DNA of 64,000 nucleotides from a phage: assembly GCA_024449565.1 (NCBI GenBank), contig GCA_024449565.1_4810.1, one strand, 5' to 3'. This document shows positions 1 to 8,493 of the stretch, piece by piece. The translations under genes and the position numbers were made by a program. How positions within the stretch are numbered: the first letter of the stretch is position 1; every line of letters starts with the position of its first letter. Below the pieces are notes generated by a model. It was given only the letters and a program-made list of their open reading frames with translations, was not told where the DNA came from and did no database searches.

Positions 1-239
1 AGGTCTATCCAGTAGACAACATCGACTCAATTCAAGGCGAAACAGTATACTTTGAAGATGAATGCGTTCGCGGCATCGGCAAATTTATGGGATTGTGCCC
101 ATCTTCATCCAAAAATAAATTCTATCGTATTCAAGTTGAAGAAAACGATATGTTTGATAAAGTCACGCGCTCGATTGTTCCTGGCGGCGGAACTCCAATC
201 TTTATGGCAGAATCAGACATCAAGGGGATTATCAAATGA
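1..239 (+). CDS. 3-prime end of a hypothetical protein gene truncated by the window start
   Basis: Frame open from base 3 to TGA at 237-239; stop overlaps next start (ATGA). No start codon for this frame inside the window. Confidence 0.35.
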   Translation, partial: VYPVDNIDSIQGETVYFEDECVRGIGKFMGLCPSSSKNKFYRIQVEENDMFDKVTRSIVPGGGTPIFMAESDIKGIIK

Positions 240-475
240 GAACTTTAACCGAACTCGATGTTTTGAAAGACGTTGCAGCGGCGCTGGGCGTTGAAGTCTC
301 TGAAAAGTCGACACTGGGTGCTCTGCGTCGTGATTTACTCGAAGCCGTCGACCGCAACGATTTTGATCGTAAGTGTTTGCAAAAGAAGATTCGACAGGCA
401 GTAAGGGCGGGTAAGCGATTCCGTGCCAGGTCGTTTGCCGCAAGAAAGCTCGACCTTCAGCACGGAATGCTTTAA
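236..475 (+). CDS. hypothetical protein (79 aa)
   Basis: ORF track; AAGGGG purine-rich RBS upstream of ATG; convergent with terminase gene. Confidence 0.45.
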   Translation: MRTLTELDVLKDVAAALGVEVSEKSTLGALRRDLLEAVDRNDFDRKCLQKKIRQAVRAGKRFRARSFAARKLDLQHGML

Positions 476-478
476 TTG

Positions 479-1939
479 TTAAAGGTTAGAGAAGAAGCCG
501 GATGCTGCAACAATTGGTTTCATCAACGCCATGATTGCTGCGTCCGCTTTGTTAGGCGATTTGACTCCACGCTTTGCCATATCCTTTTTCGATTCAACTT
601 TAAACTTACCAAGCACAGACGTGTCTTTGCGCGGCGCTGACATCTCAAAAAGAAATGTCTCAATTTCTTCCGCAGACCAAGCAGGAATCCCAAGTTCTGG
701 AATGCCGTCTGTGTCGATGGAAATCAGCTCATCAGTCGGGTATACGGCCTGCCCTGTTGCATACTCATATGTCTTCCTGAATCGTTCGGCAATCTCAGTC
801 CATTTTTGCGCTTTTATGTTTGCGAAATGGTCTTTATTGAGTATTTCAACGTGTGGTAACTCAAGGAAGACGTCATCAGGATCATCAACAGCACCTTGCG
901 CGTTGAACGCATTAAATTCGATTCTTGGGAATGTTGGATTTTCATGGATTGCATACTCATTAAGCTCATCAAATTTTGAACCAGCAAATGCACCAACACC
1001 GATGGCGTCATAGGTAATTGATGCGCCGAATGTTAATGCATCTTTCCAAACTCCGCTTGCGGACTTAAGCAATTCATCTTCCAGACCTTCCCATGTCTTG
1101 ATGCCGCGCAATACGTTGCCCGTGACAAATGCTGTGGCGTTTAAGTCGTCGCCGTCGTCCGCCACGTCGAAGCCTATACGGTTAGACCCTGACAAGCTCC
1201 ATCCCAGCGTAGGGTGTTTGTGGAGGTTTAGCGCGGCTTTGACGAATGCACGGTTGATTACAGATTTGTCGCCGCCAGTCTTCGGAACGCCGCCATAAAC
1301 GTGCTCTGCCTTTTTTGGGTCGCGCTCGTACATGCCTGCGATAACGTCCAGCATTGTTTGCGACAAGAATGGATTATCTTGCCAGTTTATCTTTTTAACA
1401 ATGGCATTCTTCGGCGGTCGCATAACAAAGTTCTGGTAGACAAAATCGGCCTCTTCATCAGGGTTAAAGATGATCCATATTTCTGACCCTTCTTTACGGA
1501 TTGTTGGCTCAATAATGTCCCACTGTTCTTCAGTAAGCGCGTGCGCTTCTTCCAGCCAAAGTACGTCAACACCTTCCGTTGATTTGATTTCATCAACATT
1601 ACGTGCGATACCATAAAATAGAAATTCAGATTTAGTTCTTTTATGTTCGATAGAGTTCTTTAATAAATTGAACTCATCTTTGAAATCAGAAATTTCTATT
1701 TTGTCTTTTAATAGAGTATATACAGATTCAGAAATCTTGTTCTGGAATTGTCGAACGCAAAGGAATTTTAATTTGAAGTTTGCCGCCAAATAAATAGCAA
1801 AACCAGCGGCATCATGCGATTTGGAAGATGCACGACCGCCGTATATTACTTTGTATCGCGCTTTCGTCTTCCAGACTTCTTTTAAAGCAGGATTCAACTG
1901 GTACATGACTTTCCAATTATGTGTTAGTATTTTATTCAT
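479..1939 (-). CDS. terL: terminase large subunit
   Basis: 486 aa; N-terminal ATPase region (KVIYGGRASSKSHD Walker A-like, VLWLEEAH Walker B-like) and C-terminal nuclease-like acidic region typical of phage large terminases. Confidence 0.8.
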   Translation of the reverse strand: MNKILTHNWKVMYQLNPALKEVWKTKARYKVIYGGRASSKSHDAAGFAIYLAANFKLKFLCVRQFQNKISESVYTLLKDKIEISDFKDEFNLLKNSIEHKRTKSEFLFYGIARNVDEIKSTEGVDVLWLEEAHALTEEQWDIIEPTIRKEGSEIWIIFNPDEEADFVYQNFVMRPPKNAIVKKINWQDNPFLSQTMLDVIAGMYERDPKKAEHVYGGVPKTGGDKSVINRAFVKAALNLHKHPTLGWSLSGSNRIGFDVADDGDDLNATAFVTGNVLRGIKTWEGLEDELLKSASGVWKDALTFGASITYDAIGVGAFAGSKFDELNEYAIHENPTFPRIEFNAFNAQGAVDDPDDVFLELPHVEILNKDHFANIKAQKWTEIAERFRKTYEYATGQAVYPTDELISIDTDGIPELGIPAWSAEEIETFLFEMSAPRKDTSVLGKFKVESKKDMAKRGVKSPNKADAAIMALMKPIVAASGFFSNL

Positions 1940-2015
1940 ATTATAGTTTGCTTGTACAATCTATATCAAGTAAAATTATGATTCCAGCTTAGTAGTGGAT
2001 AAAGGGTGATCTTTC

Positions 2016-2043
2016 GGCCAGATTCTTTCTGGCCATTTTTTTT
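2016..2043 (+). terminator. intrinsic terminator-like hairpin (ggccaga/tctggcc stem, T9 run)
   Basis: 7-bp perfect stem, 5-nt loop, followed by atttttttt on the plus strand. Confidence 0.45.
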
Positions 2044-2063
2044 GATTAAAATTCACAAAAAGT

Positions 2064-2091
2064 TTGCCTTTCTGAAATTCTGCATTATAAT
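2064..2091 (+). promoter_or_regulatory. sigma70-like promoter (TTGCCT - 16 bp - TATAAT)
   Basis: -35 TTGCCT at 2064-2069, -10 TATAAT at 2086-2091, about 27 bp upstream of the 2118 start. Confidence 0.45.
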
Positions 2092-2117
2092 CATATTAAC
2101 TCAAAACCGGAGGTAAT

Positions 2118-2333
2118 ATGAAACTCATCGACCGCGCCATCAAAGCCATTGATAATCACTCCACAGCGATTGCTTTCGTAATGGGATTTTGTTTCACTGC
2201 TGCGTTTGGCGACGTTCACACATTCAAGTCTGTCATCTTGTGTTGGTCCATTTGGTCACTTATTTCTCTGGTTTTGATTCTTCCGATGACGTGGCTTGTT
2301 CTTACTTGTCTTGAATCTCAAGGTGAAGACTGA
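2118..2333 (+). CDS. small hydrophobic membrane protein (71 aa)
   Basis: GGAGG RBS 6 nt upstream; two predicted hydrophobic helices. Confidence 0.6.
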   Translation: MKLIDRAIKAIDNHSTAIAFVMGFCFTAAFGDVHTFKSVILCWSIWSLISLVLILPMTWLVLTCLESQGED

Positions 2334-2554
2334 TGAGACTATCAATCAAAGAGCGGGCAAAGCGGCCCAAAAGGAGTGAGCCAAAGGCCAAATACACATG
2401 CGTTGGCGGACCGTTCGACGGTCAAGTGGTGTGGCTTTCAAAATCTAATCCATCGACGGTTGAGTTCAGCCTTCGTGGAATGCGCGGCAGATACCTGCTA
2501 AATAGAGAAACAAGTGGCAGCACATTTGTGGAGTGGAAAGAAAATGGCAAATGA
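2333..2554 (+). CDS. hypothetical basic protein (73 aa)
   Basis: ORF track; start overlaps upstream stop (TGATG). Confidence 0.5.
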   Translation: MRLSIKERAKRPKRSEPKAKYTCVGGPFDGQVVWLSKSNPSTVEFSLRGMRGRYLLNRETSGSTFVEWKENGK

Positions 2555-2777
2555 ATTAACCTTAACGGTGCCAAAAGAAGTGCTAGACAAGGCATATGCA
2601 GATTCTGTAAAAGAATTAGCCGTAGTGCTTGGAATTGAAAGTGAATTCAACGTTCAGCTTCAATTCCTAAAAGATACTCTTCAAATCAAAGAGAATAGAG
2701 AGGCTGGCGGCGGTGCGCCTTTAGCTTTGGCAATAATCTATGCGGGATTAATTTTGAAGTCTGGAGATGAACTGTGA
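2544..2777 (+). CDS. hypothetical protein (77 aa)
   Basis: Start moved to internal ATG at 2544 preceded by GGAAAG; the longer track ORF 2514 has an implausible N-terminus. Confidence 0.45.
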   Translation: MANELTLTVPKEVLDKAYADSVKELAVVLGIESEFNVQLQFLKDTLQIKENREAGGGAPLALAIIYAGLILKSGDEL

Positions 2778-2929
2778 ATCGTTGGTGCAGTTGGAAGTTG
2801 AAACGTCTTGCCTGGGCCAATGCCGCCAATTCTGCTGGTGTCATCACCGCTGGCGTTGGGTCGGTATGGGATGGCGAAGGCCGTTGGGACTCGCTGTGTG
2901 GCACGCGCCTATTCTTTCGCGTAAAATAA
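2774..2929 (+). CDS. possible small Trp/Gly-rich protein (51 aa, GTG start)
   Basis: GTG start overlaps upstream stop (GTGA); GGAG 9 nt upstream; followed by 8-bp perfect hairpin cccttccc/gggaaggg. Not in ORF track (below size cutoff). Confidence 0.3.
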   Translation: MNRWCSWKLKRLAWANAANSAGVITAGVGSVWDGEGRWDSLCGTRLFFRVK

Positions 2930-2973
2930 TTATCGCCCTTCCCGAAATGGGAAGGGAATTTAAAGAGGTTATC

Positions 2974-3315
2974 ATGAACAACACTTTGTCACAACTGTTA
3001 ATCTGGACTATCGCTGCTATCATCGGCACCGTTATTATGATGTCAAGTGCAAAGGCTGAAACGGATATTTGCGGCAGACTTATTTCTGAAAACGGCGAAA
3101 TTTATTATGGCAACTCAAAAGGTGATTATATATCGCCTGAAGTTTGCGCTCAGAAGAAAGCAGAAATGCAAAAGCAGTATCATGAAGATCAATCTATATC
3201 TCAAGCCGCGCTGATTGAATTAAGTATATCAGCCATCATCTTTCTAATCGTTTTTATGCTCATTATTAAACCAAATAATGGCAGCCACCGTCATATTCCT
3301 CTCAAAAGAAATTAA
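2974..3315 (+). CDS. secreted or membrane-anchored protein (113 aa)
   Basis: Start at internal ATG 2974 with AAGAGG RBS; N-terminal signal-peptide-like segment and C-terminal hydrophobic helix. The longer track ORF 2767 has a junk-like N-terminus. Confidence 0.55.
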   Translation: MNNTLSQLLIWTIAAIIGTVIMMSSAKAETDICGRLISENGEIYYGNSKGDYISPEVCAQKKAEMQKQYHEDQSISQAALIELSISAIIFLIVFMLIIKPNNGSHRHIPLKRN

Positions 3316-3353
3316 GGTTATAATACGGTTGTCGACAAAACGAGGACCGTAAA

Positions 3354-5264
3354 ATGCCAAGGCTAATATTCAAAAACAACTTTGAGGTCGCGCTCGCTCA
3401 GCCAGCGACGACTTCAGACACCACAATCACAATCCGCTCAGGGTCGGGCTTTCCGACCTTGGGCGCAAACGAGCGTGTAGTGGCGACAGTCGTCGACGCT
3501 GCAACAGGCCTCCAATTCGAAATCATCACTGTAACAGCCGTGGTTGGAAACGTGCTAACCGTGCAGCGTGCACAGGAAGGGACTGCAGCGCGTGCATGGA
3601 GCGTCGGAGATTTTTTATCCATAAGGGTGACGGCTGCCATATTGACAAGCACAGTAAGGAATTTTGGAGAATTACCTTCTGGAATAAACTTAAATGCCCT
3701 TACTGGTTCTTGGTTCGGTCAATACCAGCAGTCTTCTAATTCTGCGGCTTCGCAAGTTCTGAATTATCCTGTAGCCCAATCAGGCAGCCTTGAGGTTATT
3801 TGCTCGGCAAACAACTCTGGTGACCAATCTTGCACGCAAATATACAGCACGAATCCTGACAACAAGCAGTACAAAAGAACTTATAATTCAGAAACAAGCA
3901 CATGGTCTACTTGGGCTAAAATATATAACTCTTCCGACGTGATTCCAGTCTCCAATGGAGGGACTGGTGTTTCAGACATAGGATCAATAAGAAGAGCAAT
4001 ATTGGTGCAAGGACTTGAATGTAATGATCAAACTGGTCCCCAATCATACAACAGCTATCGTTCACCAAATTCAGCATACACATGGAAAATAGATAACTCA
4101 GGACTTGTGCAAGTCATAAAGACTTCTGATGGTTCTGCAGTGCCAATACCTATTGAATCAGGAGGGACTGGTGGAATAACTGCTTATAGTGCAAGGGTTA
4201 ATCTCTCTTTGGATAGGCTGCGCCAAGAAGGTGCTTATACAGAACTGAATTCTGCGAACGGAAGATATAGATTTCTTGTAAATGATTCAGGAGATTGGGG
4301 AGGTTTTGATGGTTCCACAAACGGCTGGAAGCCATTGGCAATAGCGCAGGGAGGGACTGGATCAACCACGTTGGAAGGAGCAAGAACGAATCTGAAAATT
4401 GACAGGTTCTTGCAAGGTGATATTGATACAAAAATATCAACGCCTGATTCGCAATACAACTTTTTCATCACTGACGCTGATTGGGGTCTTTATGATGTAA
4501 CATCACTAAATAGAGTTGCACTCCCAATTGTCAGCGGCGGCACAGGCGGAGTAACTGCTGTTGAATCTTGCAAGTCTCTCGCAGCGATGCATTATAAATA
4601 CCCAGCGCAAACATCATTTGGGCAGCAATACATGGAGACTGGGGTTGGATATTACAGCACTGATCAGTCACCAAGTCCAGGTGGAAGCGGTTCTCCATAT
4701 AACTATGCCGAGATACTTACTATATCTGAATTTGGTAATGGAGCTAACTATTCTCAAATCGCATTTTCAGTGTTGACGGAACAACCGCCGCGATACAGAC
4801 AAAGGTTTGACTCTAATCCAAGGTTGACTAATTGGCGAGATTTCCTTATTCGCGATTTGAATACCAGCGTAGACAGCAACGGATTCATAAAAATTGCTTC
4901 ACCAATAGTCAAAATAAGATTTGATGGATCATTTGAGCTGAACAGCGAGTCAGAAGGCTGCACAGTGTCAAGAGAAGGAAAGGGGCACTATTTGATAAGC
5001 GGTTGCCTCGGATTAAATAGTGATGCCGCCTGGGGAGGCGTTAACGGCGGCTTTGAAATTCCAGTTGATGTGAATAAACAGCCTAGAATTTGGCTTGACT
5101 ATAAAGTGAATGAAGATGGATCAGTTGACGTATTCACATATCACAGGGTGCACAATGATGCCCCAGTTTTTGCAAGGAATAACCTTGAAGGTTATGCAGA
5201 CGGAGACCCAATAGACATACCAAAGGATGCATTTATCTCTGTGAGGGTGCAAATGCCAAAATAA
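3354..5264 (+). CDS. tail fibre-like protein with repeated GGTG motifs
   Basis: 636 aa; GAGGA RBS; four copies of [IV]xxGGTG[GAS]x(6-8)AR.NL motif typical of phage tail fibre shafts; Ser/Asn/Gly/Thr-rich. Confidence 0.7.
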   Translation: MPRLIFKNNFEVALAQPATTSDTTITIRSGSGFPTLGANERVVATVVDAATGLQFEIITVTAVVGNVLTVQRAQEGTAARAWSVGDFLSIRVTAAILTSTVRNFGELPSGINLNALTGSWFGQYQQSSNSAASQVLNYPVAQSGSLEVICSANNSGDQSCTQIYSTNPDNKQYKRTYNSETSTWSTWAKIYNSSDVIPVSNGGTGVSDIGSIRRAILVQGLECNDQTGPQSYNSYRSPNSAYTWKIDNSGLVQVIKTSDGSAVPIPIESGGTGGITAYSARVNLSLDRLRQEGAYTELNSANGRYRFLVNDSGDWGGFDGSTNGWKPLAIAQGGTGSTTLEGARTNLKIDRFLQGDIDTKISTPDSQYNFFITDADWGLYDVTSLNRVALPIVSGGTGGVTAVESCKSLAAMHYKYPAQTSFGQQYMETGVGYYSTDQSPSPGGSGSPYNYAEILTISEFGNGANYSQIAFSVLTEQPPRYRQRFDSNPRLTNWRDFLIRDLNTSVDSNGFIKIASPIVKIRFDGSFELNSESEGCTVSREGKGHYLISGCLGLNSDAAWGGVNGGFEIPVDVNKQPRIWLDYKVNEDGSVDVFTYHRVHNDAPVFARNNLEGYADGDPIDIPKDAFISVRVQMPK

Positions 5265-5338
5265 TTCACTCAAGGCGCTGAAAAGCGCCTTTACTTTATG
5301 CGCTATTAAGTTATACTCATTATACGTTAACAAGTGAG

Positions 5339-5629
5339 GTGAATGAAATGAAATTTGAAGACATCGACAAGGCCCAAAAAGCAAAGGCGCTGCCTAAATA
5401 TGTCATCTGTGGTATTGACCCTGAAGATAACCGCTTGGTTTTCTTAAAGCAAGTTGATAGCAATGAATCTGGCGACGCAGCTAATTGGTGCACCCCTTTG
5501 TTTGAGACAGCAGAAGAAGCCCAGAAGGTATTGTCAGAAAGCAATTTACCTAAACACTACAGTGTCGTTTCACAAGATGACATGGCAAAATTAGTGTTTA
5601 ATTTTTATGGATATGGGAGAAGATTCTAA
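5339..5629 (+). CDS. hypothetical protein (96 aa)
   Basis: ORF track; AAGTGAGGTG RBS upstream. Confidence 0.5.
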   Translation: MNEMKFEDIDKAQKAKALPKYVICGIDPEDNRLVFLKQVDSNESGDAANWCTPLFETAEEAQKVLSESNLPKHYSVVSQDDMAKLVFNFYGYGRRF

Positions 5630-5838
5630 TGGAAATTAAATTATTGTCTGATTTCGTAAAAAGTATTGAAGCCAAAGGCATGACAATCAAGGCTAAGAAA
5701 GGCGGCCTTGTTTGCATCGATAAGCAACAAAGTGATCAGAGTATATCTCTTGATGATATCAAGACAATGCAAAAGCTCAATAAGAAAGGTGATTTACACA
5801 AGTTCTTAACGGATATTGGAGCGGTGGACAATGGATAA
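5629..5838 (+). CDS. hypothetical protein (69 aa)
   Basis: ORF track; start overlaps upstream stop (TAATG). Confidence 0.5.
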   Translation: MEIKLLSDFVKSIEAKGMTIKAKKGGLVCIDKQQSDQSISLDDIKTMQKLNKKGDLHKFLTDIGAVDNG

Positions 5839-5929
5839 AGAGGCACGGCGCTTTGCATTTTGGGGCACGGTTTGTGTTGTCGCGCTGTTTGGAATTGCTT
5901 ATGCAATTGTTTACGCTGCAGCGGCATAG
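5831..5929 (+). CDS. possible small hydrophobic peptide (32 aa)
   Basis: ATG 5831 to TAG 5927-5929 encodes MDKEARRFAFWGTVCVVALFGIAYAIVYAAAA (single TM-like helix); fills the gap before the next gene. Below track size cutoff. Confidence 0.3.
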   Translation: MDKEARRFAFWGTVCVVALFGIAYAIVYAAAA

Positions 5930-5931
5930 TT

Positions 5932-6327
5932 ATGATCATCGATATTGAAAAGGCACTCAAGCGTGAATTGACGCCAGGTGCGACCCCTGGCGAAGAAGCC
6001 TACTACCGACCGAAAGCGCAGCGCACCAATGAGATTCCGGTTGTTAAGCGGACAGTGAATAAGAACGGTCAGAGGTCGCGACCGCGCTCTATCCGGTCCG
6101 GTGAAAGGCTGAAAACGATTCGCCAGTGTCTACAACGACTCGAAATCATGGGTTGCCGCGCTTATATCGACCCTGATGGAAAGGTTCTGGTGAGAATTGG
6201 CAATAGTACACAACTACAAGACGGATTGCCCTGTGGCGAATCCAGACCCATAGCAAAGACCGACCGTGTGGCTACTGGCCGCGAGATTGAGGAAAGTTGG
6301 TTGGGTGCTTTCTTATTAAAATATTGA
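5932..6327 (+). CDS. hypothetical Arg-rich protein (131 aa)
   Basis: Start moved to ATG 5932 (MIIDIEKALK...); the longer track ORF 5860 has a Cys-rich junk-like N-terminus. Confidence 0.5.
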   Translation: MIIDIEKALKRELTPGATPGEEAYYRPKAQRTNEIPVVKRTVNKNGQRSRPRSIRSGERLKTIRQCLQRLEIMGCRAYIDPDGKVLVRIGNSTQLQDGLPCGESRPIAKTDRVATGREIEESWLGAFLLKY

Positions 6328-6334
6328 GGATTAT

Positions 6335-6583
6335 ATGAATCAAAATGAATCAGTAGCGTTCTTACAATGGCTGGAAGGTGTTGTGGAGTATTACGCTCCA
6401 AAAGACCGTTTCATCTTTCAAGGCAAAAGTTATAAGCGCAAAGGACAGGCCCAGAAAGCTGCGCGCAAGTACTGGAAAGAAGTTTATTCAGAGTTCTTTC
6501 AGCAGATGGGCATCATCGGCTCGACCGTATCCGGCGACCCAGCACAGTTGGTATCGATTGATGAATCCAATCGTCACAATTAA
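6335..6583 (+). CDS. hypothetical protein (82 aa)
   Basis: ORF track; GAGGA RBS upstream. Confidence 0.5.
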   Translation: MNQNESVAFLQWLEGVVEYYAPKDRFIFQGKSYKRKGQAQKAARKYWKEVYSEFFQQMGIIGSTVSGDPAQLVSIDESNRHN

Positions 6584-6658
6584 TAAATCGATTTGAATGC
6601 CGCGCTATGCGGCTTTATTATAGTTATTGTTAATCACCCAAATATTGAAGGTAATGAT

Positions 6659-7039
6659 ATGTCAAATAAAAATGATTCTGTGAGTCACACATATACTAAA
6701 GGCAGCGGCATTGCTTTTGGTTCCAGCATCAAAATTGACGCTCCACCTTGCTATTCTGATGGATTGGAAGTTGGCAACCGCGACTTAACATGGGTTTTAC
6801 GTCGCCAATCCGATTTAGAAGAGAAGCTGGAAAATATTGAGCGTTCTCTTGAAAGTCTTCGCGACCAGCTTTTTGGTTGTCCTGAAGATGAGTCAAAACC
6901 TGAATCATATGCAGCCAATCGCGGTTTGATTGATAATATGCTTGCTATTACCGCTCGATCAATTGGTAAAACTGTGTCCATTGAATCATTGATCAGCCAG
7001 ATTGCGGATGGCTTTGGTGATGCCCATAAGAGCGAATAG
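6659..7039 (+). CDS. hypothetical coiled-coil protein (126 aa)
   Basis: Start moved to ATG 6659 preceded by GAAGGT; the longer track ORF starts at 6593. Confidence 0.5.
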   Translation: MSNKNDSVSHTYTKGSGIAFGSSIKIDAPPCYSDGLEVGNRDLTWVLRRQSDLEEKLENIERSLESLRDQLFGCPEDESKPESYAANRGLIDNMLAITARSIGKTVSIESLISQIADGFGDAHKSE

Positions 7040-7069
7040 TGGGTGGATGTTGCTTTAACCGTGAATCGT

Positions 7070-7096
7070 GGGTCGCTTAGTGCGGCCCTTTATTTT
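7070..7096 (+). terminator. intrinsic terminator after the 6659-7039 gene
   Basis: gggtcgc/gcggccc stem (one G-U pair), loop ttagt, then tttattttg. Confidence 0.5.
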
Positions 7097-7098
7097 GC

Positions 7099-7174
7099 CT
7101 GCCGCGCAGGAGTGTACTGCCGCGCAGGAGTGTACTGCCGCGCAGGAGTGTACTGCCGCGCAGGAGTGTACTGC
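7099..7174. repeat. tandem repeat, 18-bp unit ctgccgcgcaggagtgta x4 plus partial fifth
   Basis: Four perfect head-to-tail copies at 7099-7170 followed by ctgc; each unit is a near-palindrome. Confidence 0.9.
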
Positions 7175-7551
7175 AAATTTCCTGTGGGTACAAAATAGTA
7201 CGGTACTGTCTAGGACTTTTTCTTTGAAAAGTTAGTGGACCAAATGTGTCGTATTTTGATTAGTGTACCGCAAATTCCATCAAGTAGCAAAACGCACCAA
7301 AAGACCCATGCCCTAAAAACCACACGAACGCAATAATCAATCGCCGTTACAGTTTCCAGCGTTACAATTAGAAAGCGAATGATTCGATGCATAATAATAT
7401 GAAGCATAATGATTCGAAAGCTAATGGTTGCGCGTAGGATGATATCGGGAGGGATTATTCGAGATGCGTGTAATTTCGCATGCGTACTATTTTCGGGCGA
7501 AGGGTCGGCATATTCTTCGTTTTAGCTCGGAACGAAGGGAAAGTTTTGCGC

Positions 7552-7628
7552 CTTTATAAAACAACGACTTACGCGACCCGCCTTAACGGTCCGATATAGG
7601 TGTCTATATAAAACAAGGACTTACGCGA
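7552..7628. repeat. two 25-bp direct repeats (ctttataaaacaacgacttacgcga / ctatataaaacaaggacttacgcga)
   Basis: Copies at about 7552-7576 and 7604-7628, 2 mismatches, inside a ~570-bp non-coding stretch. Confidence 0.7.
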
Positions 7629-7750
7629 TGTTCTCCATTTAACGTAATACCTGTTATGCGAACTAAGGCGCATCTCGACGAAGATTGTGCGACGACGAAG
7701 GGAAGGATAAAGGAGTTTTCGCGTAGGAGCTCATCGAGATAGGGACGAAG

Positions 7751-7772
7751 AAAAGCCGCGACTAAGCGCGGC
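7751..7772 (-). terminator. terminator-like hairpin downstream of the 7793-8083 minus-strand gene
   Basis: gccgcg/cgcggc 6-bp stem, loop actaag; T-run on the minus strand (aaaa on plus at 7751-7754). Confidence 0.4.
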
Positions 7773-7792
7773 CTATTAGTAACGGAAGGGTA

Positions 7793-8083
7793 TTATAAGG
7801 AGACGATTTTAAAGAAAGAGTAACGGCCTTCGCCTTCGGATACCGCGATATATTCGCCGCCGAACTCCGTAGCAAAATAAACCTTGCCTTCGATAGTAAC
7901 GCGGAAGGTAGAAATATCTTCCTCTTCGAGTTCCGTAAATTCGCTAAAATCGATAGGACTATGAAGCTCCTCGATAGTCGCATCTACGTTAAAGAGATAA
8001 ACGTTTTTAAGTTTTTCGCCAAATACGTTAGAGTTTTCGGAAGTTTCGACGCGAGCGGAACGGATAGCGGCCAAAGTAATCAT
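7793..8083 (-). CDS. small acidic protein, paralog family member 1 (96 aa)
   Basis: AGGAGA RBS; CpG-rich codon usage; aligns with the 8719-9003 product (IRxAxVE, VYxxNVDxTIE, C-terminal GxxYFxAxE). Confidence 0.6.
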   Translation of the reverse strand: MITLAAIRSARVETSENSNVFGEKLKNVYLFNVDATIEELHSPIDFSEFTELEEEDISTFRVTIEGKVYFATEFGGEYIAVSEGEGRYSFFKIVSL

Positions 8084-8190
8084 AATATTCTCCTAGTTAG
8101 TCGGGAGGGTAGCGACCTATTCGCTACCTCATCCCCTCTCGATATAAAACATTATAGTCTTAGTGTACGAAGAAGTAAAGCACTTTTTCG
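8084..8190 (-). promoter_or_regulatory. upstream control region with AGTGTACGAAGAAGTAAAG element
   Basis: 19-bp element at 8162-8180 recurs at 8560-8578 (direct) and 8621-8639 (inverted, 2-3 mismatches); ctcgata(t/c)aaa also shared with the 8494-8560 region. Confidence 0.4.
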
Positions 8191-8493
8191 TTATTCTGCG
8201 ATAAAATATTTATAAGCTTTATCGCCTTCTACGTCGATATACTCGACGATAATTAACGCTTCGCCGCGCGGCGTAACCGTCTCGATAAGGGTAACGGCTT
8301 CGTCGTCGGTCTTCGCGAAGCGGATTGCGCTACGTTCGGCGTACTTAATATCATCGAAGGAAAGGCCGACGAAAGCGACCGCGCGGACCTTAATAATGGT
8401 AGATTCTAGTTCCGCGTTAACGGCAGCGATAAGAGAGCGAACGGTTAAACGGTCTTCGTCGTAAGTAAGGATAGAAGAGATTAAAGTAGTCAT
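8191..8493 (-). CDS. small acidic protein, possible distant paralog (100 aa)
   Basis: Start moved to ATG at 8493 with GGAG RBS (MTTLISSIL...); the longer track ORF ends at 8550. Confidence 0.55.
   Translation of the reverse strand: MTTLISSILTYDEDRLTVRSLIAAVNAELESTIIKVRAVAFVGLSFDDIKYAERSAIRFAKTDDEAVTLIETVTPRGEALIIVEYIDVEGDKAYKYFIAE

Noticed and set aside
52-475. Track ORFs 52-294 (+) and 213-443 (-) at the window start
   Set aside because: They overlap the frame-3 reading frame that runs from the window edge to 239 and the 236-475 gene, which are joined by an ATGA overlap; their translations look non-protein-like.
531-1614. Antisense or alternative-frame ORFs within the terminase gene (531-1013, 814-1011, 1098-1298, 1301-1486, 1387-1614)
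   Set aside because: All lie inside the well-supported 486-aa terminase reading frame and lack independent support.
3354-5264. Diversity-generating retroelement targeting the displaced tail fibre
   Set aside because: No reverse transcriptase gene and no template/variable repeat pair was found nearby.
7099-7174. 18-bp tandem repeats as a possible CRISPR array
   Set aside because: Units are contiguous with no spacers and are only 18 bp; no cas genes nearby. It is a simple tandem repeat.
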